A DNA stretch of 63,684 nt, the filler included. It is 10 parts of 10 records of this genome, joined end to end, with 100 filler letters (N's around TTAATTAATTAA, not from the genome) between each part and the next. Parts side by side here need not be neighbours in the genome. Positions count along the whole stretch, not along the records: positions 19,015 to 24,181 come from SRR31147125_113473; positions 24,282 to 29,814 come from SRR31147125_113540; positions 29,915 to 37,964 come from SRR31147125_113901; 7 more parts are not named here. The stretch is one strand, 5' to 3'. This document shows, piece after piece, positions 21,808 through 32,948 of the stretch. Positions within the stretch are counted from its first letter, which is position 1. Every line of letters begins with the position of its first letter. The position numbers were made by a program, and so were the translations under genes. The notes below the pieces were generated by a model, which worked only from the letters and a program-made list of their open reading frames with translations, searched no databases and was not told the origin of the DNA.

Positions 21808-24181
21808 TTACACGGCAGCCTTACGCTCGTAGAGGAGCAAACAGGACTCTGTGAGGGGAATGAATTGAGGCATTGTCTGCTGCACAAACAAATCTTGCAT
21901 TTCGAACCACTCCCCATCCCCCTTGAAGGCGCATGCGTAAGGCGTGAGCAGTCGACTTCCCACACGAACATACCCGATTCACAACGAATGACTTGTAAAT
22001 CCCCCCTCTGGCTTCCCTTCATGGGACACAGCCCCAACAAGATCATATTTTGTGGCCACACCCTTGGGAACGTCACAGTCTGTGGGAGTTAACGGCTACC
22101 CACGGACAAGGGGGACGGGGTGGAGTGGAGTGGTGTGGGGTGGGATACATTCGCGAAGCTCCAAATTCTTGACAGGGAAATTCACAATGGTCGGATTCTT
22201 TTCCTTGAAGAAGTTGTTCCTTGTGAAACGCTTGATCTACAGCGAACAAACACGTGTGGGGGAACCCGTTTCCCTTCTCGATGCTCCATACCTGCAGAAT
22301 GAGAAACTTTGGTGGTCGTGTGATGATGTATTGCCTTCGTTCGCCTGTGATGAGTTGCTAGAAATACCAACCACCATATTCGTCAAGAGTGACTCATAGG
22401 ACGGGTGCGTACATGGATGGTTCGGCCATTGAACTTCTGCAGGATGGTGTAGAGGGGCACCTGCGGAATGACGTTCTCTTCCATCTCATCCTTGAAAAGG
22501 GGAGCGGGTGGTAGCTCGAGTTGCAAGTATCTAAATCGTCTTGCATGAGTCGCGGCCGGCCCACCCTCGGTATCGCCCATACACGCACAAAAAGTTCACG
22601 TGTCCAGATGTCCTTTCAAACTCAGGATTCTCATAAGGCCTCACCTTCTTCTTGGCCTTTTCCGTCACCATCCTCAGCTAAGAATCGCACACATCAATAC
22701 AACCCATCAACCACAACGAGAAAGGTACTCACTTCTCCCTGAAATGTGTTGTGGACAACACTACTGCCTGCTCTTCGCGTGCCTCCCAGACCCTGAACCA
22801 ACCCTTTGTAAACCAAAGAACCGTGTGGGATATGGCATGCACCTCATGAAGGGCATTCAGAATCCACACAATAAACTCGGCCGGATCGCTTTGCCGTCCA
22901 ATCCGGAAGCGCTTGTTGCTTGCATTGCCTATGGCCTGAGTTCTGTGTGAAGACGCCGAGAAGGATGTCCCCGTGACACGATGTGATACGACACGGTACC
23001 TGGAGGAGTTCGTGAGGGCTAACCTGCCCTTTGAAGTTGCGTGAACTCCAGATCTTGCGCATGAGTTGGCCGAATTGGGACACTAGGGTAGAATCCCTCC
23101 CCTGTGTATGCACATTACGTGGAGTGGAATGGGATGTCGTAAAAAGCACCTTGTAGCTCGCCGCATCCATGAAAAAATTCCGGAGAGGAGGAATGTGGGC
23201 AAGACACTGGTGTGTGTGTGCAACAAATCATCATACAACGCGCCACACACGCACCGCGCACGGTACATACCTGCACAACAGCATTCACAAAGTCGGTTTC
23301 TTTGATGTTATTCAAACCAATGAACCCAGGCAAATAATCACTGCCCGGACCGAAGGTGATGCACTGTGCGTGTGTACGGAGGGACTGCCCTCCTAACGCG
23401 TACCTTCCATCGAGGCCACGAGAGTATGCCGTGTTAAAATCAAGTTTGGCAATCTGATCCGCACGGAACTTGGGGTGCAAGACGTACTGCAGCCCCGTGC
23501 ATCAAGCCAAGTGGGCATACAGCAACAGAAGGACACACCTTGATATCTTCCAGGGAGGTATCCGCCACCTCGTACCCATCGGGCAAACAATAGACTCGCG
23601 CTAGCATGTTCCGTGAGGAATCTCCCCGGCACACACTGTCCACCGCCACACACCTGTCTCTAGGTTCATGAAAACACGATGATCCCACTCTACAGAATGA
23701 ATATACGCATGGGATCGCTGGCCACGTCCTTGGAAGTACTTCCCACATACAAGACACGCATACACGTTCTGATTCACCAGGCAAATGGAGCAAAGCTTTT
23801 CGAAATCGAAATCCAACATCGCTCGATTGACTGTATCGAGATAGGGACAGGTACCTGGCGTCCCATACAGAAGAATTCAGACCATTCTCTTTGAACCATC
23901 GAATCATCATCCCCAACACGCACGTCGCACATCCCCACGGCGCGCTTCCCCCTCTCCTCCCATAGGATATGATGATGACAATGGTGGAGATGAAATCGCT
24001 GTATGATCCCCAGACTCTTCCGAACATTGGTCTCGAGCTCGTTTCAGAGGCGGTGGCGTGTGGTTCTCCGTCCTCTCCCCCTCCCCAGCCGTCTGCCTCC
24101 CTGTTCCTGTTGTTGTCTCGGTCGCTTCCCCCTCTTCTTCCCTCTTCCCCTCTTCGTCAGCCTTTCGTTTGCCTCGGTGGG
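21808..24181 (-). CDS. USP39: Eukaryotic U4/U6.U5 tri-snRNP-associated protein 2 (USP39/Sad1), multi-exon, 5' truncated
   Basis: CPYLDTVNRAMLDFDFEKLCS zf-UBP, YLPGFIGLNNIK, NFKGQVSPHELLQ, EKNPTIVNFP, WFEMQDL; introns 23855-23923, 23601-23653, 23487-23538, 23341-23403. Confidence 0.92.
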
Positions 24182-24281
24182 NNNNNNNNNNNNNNNNNNN
24201 NNNNNNNNNNNNNNNNNNNNNNNNNTTAATTAATTAANNNNNNNNNNNNNNNNNNNNNNNNNNNNNNNNNNNNNNNNNNNN

Positions 24282-25373
24282 GGGGGATATCACCATTGAC
24301 GGGGATCTCGGGCAGGCACCCCTAAAAGCCGTTCCGCCTCCAAAGGGGAAACCGCCTGTCCCCTCTGCCCAAGCCCCCCAGGGGAAGCAGCCTCCCCAAA
24401 GCCAGCCTCCCAGGCCCAAGTGCTCTGCCATGGTTCAATTCGGGTCAGCCGCTTTGTTGTCCATGCCAGTATCCGGTGTGCCGGCACTTTCATTGCGATG
24501 AACGCCATAGCAGCAGGGGTTAGAATCTATGCCGGCAGCGGAATCACCCTGAATGGGGCTGTGGCAGGCCTGAGGGGGCCCCGCATCCTCCGCACAGGAC
24601 TGTCTCCCCAGGACCCCCTTTTGTCCATTGACCAGACCCTGGAAGCCAGGGGCGCCCAATTGGCTGCCCTGGAAAAACAAGATGAAATCGCCCAGCTCAA
24701 AGAGCAGTTCCACCGGGACATGGAACGGGCGGTCCAGCACCTTTTGGAACAGGATATCTACAGACAATTGATTCAAATTATTGAAGGACCGGAGTTGTAT
24801 CAATACGAGGCGCTTCAGGACAAACTGGACTATCTGCACAGCCTGCCCGACCATTCGTCCATCAAGGCATACTTTTTAAAAATCCCCGATACCCCGGCGG
24901 CTTCAAAGGTCGTGGCCCAATTTCTTCCCCCGGCAAATAAACAGTCCCTGGACGAAATATTAAAGCGATTGCGCAATACATTGGATCCTGAACCGGAGTC
25001 CTCTGATGAGGATTTAAGCCAGGAATCCGGCCAGGCCATGCCCATGACTGAAACCCAGCGTCTTGAGGTGGGGTTCCAGGCCCGTCTGGAGGCCCTGGAA
25101 AAAGAGGCGGAAGACAGCCTGGACGAAATCAAACAGACAAAGCGGGAAATCCTGGCCCTTGAAACCGCCAGGGAGAAACTGGGCCGGACCTATTTAAAAC
25201 ACCTGTCTCCCTCTGATTTCCCAGCCATCAGGATCAAAAACAAGTGTGAAAAAGGAAGCATTATCCGGGGAATCCTGGCCAGCCTAACCCTTGAAGACAC
25301 GGTCTACAACGTCAGATTCAGGGAGGTTCCCGCCTCCGGGAGTTCGGCAACTGTCATTGCCATTGAAAACTGA
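24282..25373 (+). CDS. FapA/DUF342-like protein, C-terminal part
   Basis: Beta-solenoid-like repeats (GDITIDG, VLCHGSI, IRCAGTF, IYAGSGI), coiled coils and FapA-like tail; 5' truncated. Confidence 0.6.
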
Positions 25374-25440
25374 TCCCGAAAACAAAAACGGCCGGGCGTT
25401 GTATATGGCTGCCCAGCCGTTATGGTTCAACCGTAATGGT

Positions 25441-26172
25441 TTAATGCCTGAGCCTGGAGGAAACCCTGCGCCTGGCCATGCCGGCAAGGCCCAAAAGCCC
25501 CATGCCAAGCAGCGCCATGGTGGCAGGCTCGGGCACGGGATTCATCTCTCCGCCAATAACATCATTGGCGCACCAGGGGGAAAAGGCAATGGAAAATCCC
25601 TGGCTCAGGTCAATGAGGACATCGTCAAAACTATAGGTCCACAGATAGTATCCGTCCTCATCCGTCCCGGTCTCTGTCCAGTCGCTGCCATCAGAGATGC
25701 GATCCAGATCATCATTGTTGATACCGTTGGGATTGCCCTCCCTCACCGAGGTGCCGGGTGGGTTCTTAGCCGTGGTGTACTCATAGTCATCGTCCACGGT
25801 AAAAATCCCGTCCGCCCGGGGAAGGCCGAACTGGTAGTTTCCATTGCCCGCAATGCCGTCAAGAACATAAAAATCCCAATCCTCAAAGCCTGTGGATCCG
25901 TCGGCATAGGAGTTGATGAACAGGGAGTTGAACTCCTGCCAGGTGGTGTCATCCCCGGCAATGGCAATCTGAACGGCGTCCAGATAACCGTCATCCCCAA
26001 CGATTACGTTCATATAAGAAATTTCAGGAGTCCCCAGATCATCGTCGGTAATACCGGAATTATAGCCCGGCCAGTCGACCCAGGTATCCTCAAAGGTATA
26101 AATGGTCTCGGCATAAAGGGTGGACCCGCCGAGGATTAAAACGGTAAAAATAAGGGATAATAAATGTTTCAT
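25441..26172 (-). CDS. PEP-CTERM sorting-domain protein
   Basis: Signal peptide; D/G/T-rich body; C-terminal VPEPATMALLGMGLLGLAGMARRR. Confidence 0.95.
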   Translation of the reverse strand: MKHLLSLIFTVLILGGSTLYAETIYTFEDTWVDWPGYNSGITDDDLGTPEISYMNVIVGDDGYLDAVQIAIAGDDTTWQEFNSLFINSYADGSTGFEDWDFYVLDGIAGNGNYQFGLPRADGIFTVDDDYEYTTAKNPPGTSVREGNPNGINNDDLDRISDGSDWTETGTDEDGYYLWTYSFDDVLIDLSQGFSIAFSPWCANDVIGGEMNPVPEPATMALLGMGLLGLAGMARRRVSSRLRH

Positions 26173-26257
26173 CTCGCCTCCTATAATAATTTAAGTTACC
26201 ATTGCCATGATGGCCCGGTACTAAGGTTGGCAGTTTCTTGGGCACGCCATATTCTTC

Positions 26258-26273
26258 TGCACACAATGTACCA
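26258..26273 (-). promoter_or_regulatory. Sigma54 -24/-12 promoter of the PEP-CTERM gene
   Basis: Minus-strand TGGTACATTGTGTGCA has exact GG-N10-GC spacing, about 85 bp upstream of the ATG. Confidence 0.65.
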
Positions 26274-26386
26274 GGGGCTTATTTTCCCCCGGTCACCCAG
26301 GCAACCGATTGATATCACAAGAAAAATACTCAAAAAATGGTTCCAATGGCCCATATCAACTTACGGGCATCTAAAAAAGAAAAAAC

Positions 26387-26440
26387 TGCGACTTTTTTAC
26401 CATATGTTTCTATTAAATTGCTTCTTGAGTATTTTTTTAC
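26387..26440. promoter_or_regulatory. Candidate enhancer-binding protein sites
   Basis: TGCGACTTTTTTAC and GAGTATTTTTTTAC, 40 bp apart, upstream of the sigma54 box. Confidence 0.45.
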
Positions 26441-26552
26441 CTATTTATGTCCTAAAATTTTCCCCCGACAATACCATGGACGAATCCAGCCTTGACAATT
26501 TCCACCCGGATTTCTAATTTATTGTATTTTTAATTCCTTAAGCGGAGATGAT

Positions 26553-27211
26553 ATGCTCAAACTTGGTGAAAAGGGGCTATCCCCCAGAATGACAATGAAA
26601 CCTACGCCATCGCCCCCCACATTCCCTGTGGGATAGTCACCCCGGACCTCTTAAGAAAAATCGCAGATGTGGCGGAACGCTACAATGCAAAGGCCATCAA
26701 ACTGACAGGGGCCACACGCATGGCCATTGTCGGGTTAAAAGAAGAGGATATTGACGGGGCCTGGGAAGATCTTAAACTGGACAAGGGCGCGGCCGTTGGG
26801 CTTTGTGTCCGGTCGGTGAGGACCTGTCCCGGCACCACCTTTTGCAAGCTGGGCAAACAGGATGCCCTGGGAATGGGCATGACCCTGGATGAAAAATACC
26901 ACGCCTATGAGCTGCCCGGAAAATTTAAAATGGCGGTATCCGGATGCAAGCTGAGCTGCTCGGAATCCTGGGTCAGGGATATCGGCCTTATCGGCTTTCC
27001 CGAGGGGTGGACCCTGGTTATCGGCGGAAATGTGGGTATGCTGCCCAGAATCGCTCAAAAAGTGGCGGAAGGCCTGGATGATGGCCAGGCAATAGCAGCT
27101 TGTGACACTGTGATTGCCATCTACGAGGAAAACGCCAAAAAGGGAGAGCGCCTGGGCAAGACCATTGAACGGATAGGCCTTGACCCTTTTAAAGACGCCC
27201 TTAAGGCCTGA
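26553..27211 (+). CDS. Nitrite/sulfite reductase half-domain plus 4Fe-4S domain protein (indel near 26575)
   Basis: Restoring one G gives MLKLGEKGAIPQ...YAIAPHIPCG; CPGTTFC and SGCKLSC cysteine motifs. Confidence 0.85.
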
Positions 27212-27212
27212 T

Positions 27213-28117
27213 ATGGGTATCCCGCGTATTCCGGACCAGGCCTTTCCCATGGAAATTGCTCCGGGGGTTCACATCCTGGGAAATTATTATTTCAACCTGT
27301 TCCTGGTGGCAGGCCCGGAAAAAACCGCCCTGTTTGAAACCGGCATTTCAGGGGTGGTGGACCGGGTCATCCACCAGATTGAAGCTTTGGGAAAGGCTCC
27401 GGACTTTCTGGTGGTCAGCCATCCCCACTCCGATCATATCACGGGCCTGCCAGGTCTTAAGGCACGCTACCCTAAAGCAAAAATCATAGCCGCCCAAGGG
27501 GCCCAAGAATTTATCACCCATCCCAAAGCCGGACCAGGCCTGATCAAAGAAGACCGCTTCATATCCCAAAGCCTGGGGGATTTGGGCATTCCCCCGGGAC
27601 GCCCCAGCCTGGAGTCGGTGCCGGATCTGTCAGGTCAGATTGCGGTCTCAAAGCCCTGGGATCTGAATCTGGGAGGAGATACCCGTCTGACTCTCATCCC
27701 CGCAGGCGGACACTCCCCGGGAATCTTCTGGCCTGGGAAAAAAACAAAAAGATACTCCTGTGTTCAGACAGCCTTGGATTTCACTACCCCGGCCGGGGCT
27801 TCTGGCCCCTGTTTTTCACGGGTGCCCAGGCCTACCTTGATACCATGGACATGATGGAAGGGCTTGGACCCCATATCCTCTGTCCGGCCCACCAGGGACC
27901 GATTACAGGAGAGGCTGTTCCCCAGGCCCTGTCCTTGGCCAGGCAAGCCACCTTGACCCTTATTACCCGGGCAATTCAGGACACCGGAGATGATCAGGCC
28001 CTTGAAGGCGCCCTATTTGCCGAATCCTACAAAGATGAATTCACCCTGTATACCCGGTCCAATATTCTCAACTGCAACCGCTTGTTAATCAAGCGGGCCA
28101 GACAATACCGGGGATAA
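27213..28117 (+). CDS. MBL-fold metallo-hydrolase (indel near 27720)
   Basis: HPHSDH and GHSPG, then the shifted frame continues to CPAHQGP. Confidence 0.8.
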
Positions 28118-28143
28118 AGAAAAAAGAGGGGGAAAAAGCAGGG

Positions 28144-29814
28144 TTAAGGGCTTGTACGGACAAGCCAGTCGTTCACCGTATTGGCAAAGACAATATTCTC
28201 ACAGGGCTTGATCAGGTGGTCCATCATGGGATCTTGGGATTTGAGTGTGGCCATTGACTCCAAAAACCCCATATTTCCGGAGACAAAGATGATTGGAATA
28301 TCCCAATCCGCCCTTCTGATATGGGAATAAACATCCAGGCCGTTAAGCCTGCCGGGCAGGATATAATCCAGGGAGACCAGGTCAAATCCTCCTTTGTCAA
28401 AGGCTTCCACCGCTTCCTGGCCAGTCTGTGCCAGCACCACCTGGTGGTTGAAGGGCGGCTGACTCAGTATTTTTTTCTGAACACCGGAAATGGCGGTTTC
28501 ATCTTCCACCAACAGGATCCGCCTGCTCCGGACCACAGTCTTGTTGGCCATTCTATGTTTTTCAGTGTCCGTCAAATCCTTTTCAATGAGCGGGATCCCC
28601 AAAACAAAGCAAGTGCCCTCCCCTTCACAACTTTTGAAATCAACGGTTCCCCGGTGTTTTTGGATATATTTTTTCACATTGGCCATGCCGTACCCGCTGC
28701 CCCGGATGTCATGGGCGTAGACGCGTTTTATATCCCGGCTGCCTTTAAGCGTAAATGAGGGCGTAAAAATATTTTTATGGTGAATATCCGGAATCCCGCA
28801 CCCATTGTCCTGAATTTCCAAGAACAGCCTCCCTTTGGAAAACCGGGTGGTAATTTCGATCAAAGGGGTTTTGGCCCGGCTCAGTGCGTGGATACTGTTT
28901 TGAACCAGGTTGACCAGGGCGTGTTCTATCATCCCCGGATCTGCCAACAATTCAGGAAGATCGGCTGCAAGTTGAGTATGAACATCAATACCAACCAGAT
29001 CATTTTCCAACAGGCTGAGAACCATGTCTATCTTTTGGTTGATATTAAAATACTCTTCTTTGGGCTCCTGCTCCTGGGCAAATGCCGTGAGGTTCCGGGT
29101 CATATTCTTTCCCCTCCGGGTCTGGACCAGGATGGTTTCCAGGGACTCGCGAATCTCTTTATCCTTGCACTCCAGAAGGGAAAATTCAGCATGTCCCATG
29201 ATGGCTCCCAGGATATTGTTAAAATCATGGGACATTTTCCCGGCCACCTGCCCCACCAGGGCATATTTATCCTGCTCTGCGGCGAATTTCACTGCATCGG
29301 CCCGCTCTTTTTCACTCTGCCTGCGGTCCGTGATATCCCGCACGGCAGACAGCACAAGGGTTTCCCCCTGGAACTCAAAAAGGGAAGAGGAAATCTCCAC
29401 CGGGAAAATCTCCCCGTTTTTCCTGCGGGTCAGGGTTTCACTGGTTCGTTTTCCCGCAGCCCTTAACTCCCGACGATTTTTCCGCGACCCCATGCCCCGG
29501 TCTTTTGGATCCAGGATCAGATCCTGGGGGCTCATCTCCAGAAATTCCTGCCGGCTGTATCCATACCATTGGGAGGCCATATCGTTGACCTCCACAAATT
29601 TTCCAAACCCCTTTTCCGAAAAGGGGTGGACAAAGACCGCATCGTTAAGGCCGTTAAACAGGATTTTGAACCGGGTCTGACTTTCCTTCAGGGCAATTTC
29701 AGCCACCCGCCGGTCTGTAAGATCGGTAAAACAGGCCCTGACCCCTGCCACCCTGTCCTCCTCAAAAATCGGTACGGCATTGATCATTCCAAAGATATAA
29801 CTGCCGTCTTTTTT
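28144..29814 (-). CDS. PAS-domain hybrid sensor histidine kinase/receiver, 5' truncated
   Basis: PAS/PAC, HDFNNIL H-box, DNGCGI, GSGYGM, C-terminal receiver (LLVEDE, LDY). Confidence 0.92.
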   Translation of the reverse strand, partial: KKDGSYIFGMINAVPIFEEDRVAGVRACFTDLTDRRVAEIALKESQTRFKILFNGLNDAVFVHPFSEKGFGKFVEVNDMASQWYGYSRQEFLEMSPQDLILDPKDRGMGSRKNRRELRAAGKRTSETLTRRKNGEIFPVEISSSLFEFQGETLVLSAVRDITDRRQSEKERADAVKFAAEQDKYALVGQVAGKMSHDFNNILGAIMGHAEFSLLECKDKEIRESLETILVQTRRGKNMTRNLTAFAQEQEPKEEYFNINQKIDMVLSLLENDLVGIDVHTQLAADLPELLADPGMIEHALVNLVQNSIHALSRAKTPLIEITTRFSKGRLFLEIQDNGCGIPDIHHKNIFTPSFTLKGSRDIKRVYAHDIRGSGYGMANVKKYIQKHRGTVDFKSCEGEGTCFVLGIPLIEKDLTDTEKHRMANKTVVRSRRILLVEDETAISGVQKKILSQPPFNHQVVLAQTGQEAVEAFDKGGFDLVSLDYILPGRLNGLDVYSHIRRADWDIPIIFVSGNMGFLESMATLKSQDPMMDHLIKPCENIVFANTVNDWLVRTSP

Positions 29815-29956
29815 NNNNNNNNNNNNNNNNNNNNNNNNNNNNNNNNNNNNNNNNNNNNTTAATTAATTAANNNNNNNNNNNNNNNNNNNNNNNNNNNNNN
29901 NNNNNNNNNNNNNNGATACGTCGTATTTTCAGAGGTTTCTTTATGAATTACTCCTT

Positions 29957-31630
29957 TTAGTAGCTAAACCCGCTTCTGCCCAGGAACTCTCTGATGATTG
30001 ATAGCTCCGGGACCTCCTCCACCGGGAAGGGCGCGAAGTTCCTCAGGAAAGCGAGCAGCCGCCTGGCTTCGCCGTATTCAGGGAGATCCGGAGACACTGT
30101 TCTCAGGAGCGGCTCGGCGGATGTTTTCAATACCGCCAGTTCGTAGTCCAGCGCCGAGTTGAACATCGCATCCGCCGAACCCTGGTAGGGGAAGATATGC
30201 TTCTCCTCTCCCCGGCGAACCGACGGCCAGATCCTCAGGGTGTTGATGGCCGGATACCGGCGGAACTGATGGTCCCGGACGATTCTTCTGATCAGGCGGT
30301 TGTCGGTGGTGGGAATCCGGTTGTGGTCGTCGATATTCAGCTGGGTGAGGGCGGAAATATAGATTCGGAAGGCTTTGTTCGAATCCATCCCGGGCGTGAG
30401 ATTCGGGTTCAGGCCGTGGATGCCTTCGAAAAGCAGCACGTCGTCGTCTTCCAAACGGAGTTTGCGCCCGACCGGCAGCCTGCCGCCGGTTTTTTTGAAA
30501 TCGAAGATGGGAATCTCCACCTCTTTCCCGGCGAAGAGGTCGTTCAGATTTTCGTTGAACTGCGGAACATCCAGCGCTTCCAGCACTTCGAAGTCCGGTT
30601 TGCCGTCTTCATCCAGGGGAATATCCTGTTTCTCCCTGTAGTAGTCGTCCAGGCTGATCAGCTGGGGTTTCATTCCCGATGATTTCAGGCTGAGGGCCAG
30701 TTTTTTGGTGAAGGTGGTTTTGCCTGAGGATGAAGGACCGGCTATCATGACGGCCTTCACTTCACCCCGGCGTTTAGTGATCCTGCCGGCCAGTTCGGCG
30801 ATCTTGCGGTCGTGCAGGGCTTCGGCGATCTGTATGAATTCCCTGGCGTCCTTGCGGCTTCTTGAGAGGGCGTTCAGATGTCCGACATCCGGTACACCCA
30901 GTATTTCGCCCCATCGTTTGTGTTCGTCATAGACATCCCAGAGCTTGGGTTCATCATCCTTCTCTCCGAGGCTGCGTGGGCTGGATGACGGAGGATAGCG
31001 CAGGAGAAAGCCGTCTCTGTAGAAATCCACGGCGAAGATATCCAGCAGCCCTGTCCGGGGGACCAGCGGGTAATGGCGGAGGCTCATTTCGCCGCCGCAG
31101 CGCCAGATACCCACTCTGGGTTCGTTCATCTCTTCCAGCAGCAGCATGGTGGAGGGGTGTTTCTTCTTCCGGAAGTACTCAATCGCGGTAGCCCAGGAGA
31201 CTTCATCGGGAATAACGGGGTGGTCCGCCTCGACGAGTTCCCTCATTTTCTTCTCGAGGTCGGCCGCGTCACTTTCGGTGGCTGCCGGTCCTTCGTCGTG
31301 GAAGCGGTGATAGAATCCGTGGCCCAGGGCATGGCCCACCACCAGACGGCGCTCGGGCGGGAAGAGTTCCATGGCGGCCATTTCCAGGAGGAAAATCAGG
31401 GATTTGCGGTAGATGCGCATCCCGGCGGTACTGTCCAGCCTCACTGGTTCCACCGTGCAGTCGACGGTCAGCGGATCCAGCAGAGAGGCGTAGGCATTGT
31501 TGACTTTCGCTGCGGTGGCGAACAGGCCGGTGTCGGTATCTCCGGCTCCGAGAACATCCTGTACAGAGGTGCCGGGTTTCGTTTCCAGAGTCCGGTGATC
31601 AGGCAGAATTGTGACACTGATAGAATCCAT
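29957..31630 (-). CDS. Nucleoside (uridine) kinase with ThrRS-like N-terminal domain
   Basis: GPSSSGKTT P-loop, SLDDYY, EGIHGLN, RLIRRIVRD, FNSALDYE. Confidence 0.9.
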   Translation of the reverse strand: MDSISVTILPDHRTLETKPGTSVQDVLGAGDTDTGLFATAAKVNNAYASLLDPLTVDCTVEPVRLDSTAGMRIYRKSLIFLLEMAAMELFPPERRLVVGHALGHGFYHRFHDEGPAATESDAADLEKKMRELVEADHPVIPDEVSWATAIEYFRKKKHPSTMLLLEEMNEPRVGIWRCGGEMSLRHYPLVPRTGLLDIFAVDFYRDGFLLRYPPSSSPRSLGEKDDEPKLWDVYDEHKRWGEILGVPDVGHLNALSRSRKDAREFIQIAEALHDRKIAELAGRITKRRGEVKAVMIAGPSSSGKTTFTKKLALSLKSSGMKPQLISLDDYYREKQDIPLDEDGKPDFEVLEALDVPQFNENLNDLFAGKEVEIPIFDFKKTGGRLPVGRKLRLEDDDVLLFEGIHGLNPNLTPGMDSNKAFRIYISALTQLNIDDHNRIPTTDNRLIRRIVRDHQFRRYPAINTLRIWPSVRRGEEKHIFPYQGSADAMFNSALDYELAVLKTSAEPLLRTVSPDLPEYGEARRLLAFLRNFAPFPVEEVPELSIIREFLGRSGFSY

Positions 31631-31696
31631 GATTTCTCCTTGGGAGCAATTGTAATGGATCAGGAGCGCATCTGCCTGTCTGTTCGATTGACGGTA

Positions 31697-32896
31697 TCAG
31701 CGTCGAGGTAGCAGGTTATTCTCTTCGTAGTCCCGGATTTCCTCATCACTGAGCACACCGGTTACCGCCATGCCGTCCCCTTCCCGGGTGATGACCACAG
31801 GCTGTTCCTTGTACATGTGATTGTTCTCGTCCAGGTGAAGTTTCACTACCGGGAAGCGGGGATTGTCTTTGCCGGTATCCACCACGATGCCGATGGCACC
31901 GTTTTCCAACCGTACGTAGCTGCCCAGCGGGAAGATGGATATGGAATTGATGAGGGCGGAAATCACTTTCTCGTCGTAGGACTCGCTCATATCCCGGAGG
32001 AGGGAGACCATTCCCGTGTGTCCGTCCACGCCTTCCTTGTGCGGTCTGTTGGATATCTGGGCGTCATAGGAACAGGCGACGGCCATGATGCGGCCGAAGA
32101 GCGAAATGCTGTTGCCCGAAAGGCCCTGGGGATATCCTTTACCGTTGGAGCGCTCATGGTGCTGCCAAACCCCCATCAGGATGTCCTGGGCCAGGGGGTT
32201 GGCATTTTCCTTGGAATACTCCTGCAGCATCTTCAGGCCATAGATGGGATGGGTGTTGATAACTTTCCGTTCCTGATCGGTCAATTGGGTGGATTTATCG
32301 AAGATCTGCCGGGGAATCTTCATCATGCCGATTTCATGCAGCATCGCCGAGATTCCCAGCTCGATCAGCTGGAAATTGGGCAGCTTCATCGCGATGCCGA
32401 TGGTGAGGGCGATGATGGTAGTCCTGGCCGAGTGGGTGTAGAGATAATCGATGCCGTCGGCCCGTAGATCCGGTAGGCGGAGCATATACGATCTGTATTC
32501 CTTGATCATGTTGATCGTGGTTTTCACTTCTTCCGTGACGGAGTTCATATCTAGATGTCCGTCTCTGTCGAAAGTGTCGTACACCTTCCGGGTGAAAGCC
32601 GCCAGGTTCTCGAAGTACTTGCGGGCTTCTCTTCGGCCTTCGGCTTCCTTGGCATCATTGTTCAGGACGGCGCCGGAGACCGTTTCCGCCGAGGCCGTGG
32701 CGGCACTCCCTCCCGAAACCTTCGATCCTTCGGTCCAGAGGCCTTTGTATCCCCAGTTCTTCATCGCTTCCACAAGGCCTTCGCTTACAGGGGTATCGGT
32801 GGCTATGAGCATGAACTTTTCATCCAGCCACAGGGGGGCGTCGTAGTAGGTGTCGCTCTTGAGATCGTCAAGGGGTATCATTTTCCTGGCTGCCAT
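31697..32896 (-). CDS. HD-GYP domain protein (HD replaced by HE)
   Basis: LHEIG and HHERSNGKGYPQG; start codon uncertain. Confidence 0.85.
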   Translation of the reverse strand: MAARKMIPLDDLKSDTYYDAPLWLDEKFMLIATDTPVSEGLVEAMKNWGYKGLWTEGSKVSGGSAATASAETVSGAVLNNDAKEAEGRREARKYFENLAAFTRKVYDTFDRDGHLDMNSVTEEVKTTINMIKEYRSYMLRLPDLRADGIDYLYTHSARTTIIALTIGIAMKLPNFQLIELGISAMLHEIGMMKIPRQIFDKSTQLTDQERKVINTHPIYGLKMLQEYSKENANPLAQDILMGVWQHHERSNGKGYPQGLSGNSISLFGRIMAVACSYDAQISNRPHKEGVDGHTGMVSLLRDMSESYDEKVISALINSISIFPLGSYVRLENGAIGIVVDTGKDNPRFPVVKLHLDENNHMYKEQPVVITREGDGMAVTGVLSDEEIRDYEENNLLPRR

Positions 32897-32948
32897 ACTC
32901 GATTGACCGCTCCTTTCGCCTCGTCTAGACTCTTGTACCATTATAGGG

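Noticed and set aside
19015-24181. Non-canonical introns in the eukaryotic fragment
   Set aside because: Every junction I resolved restores the protein with GT-AG; not all introns were mapped.
18146-25373. Eukaryote-to-bacterium gene transfer (ZW10/USP39 beside bacterial genes)
   Set aside because: The eukaryotic DNA is bounded on both sides by artificial spacers, so there is no physical linkage.
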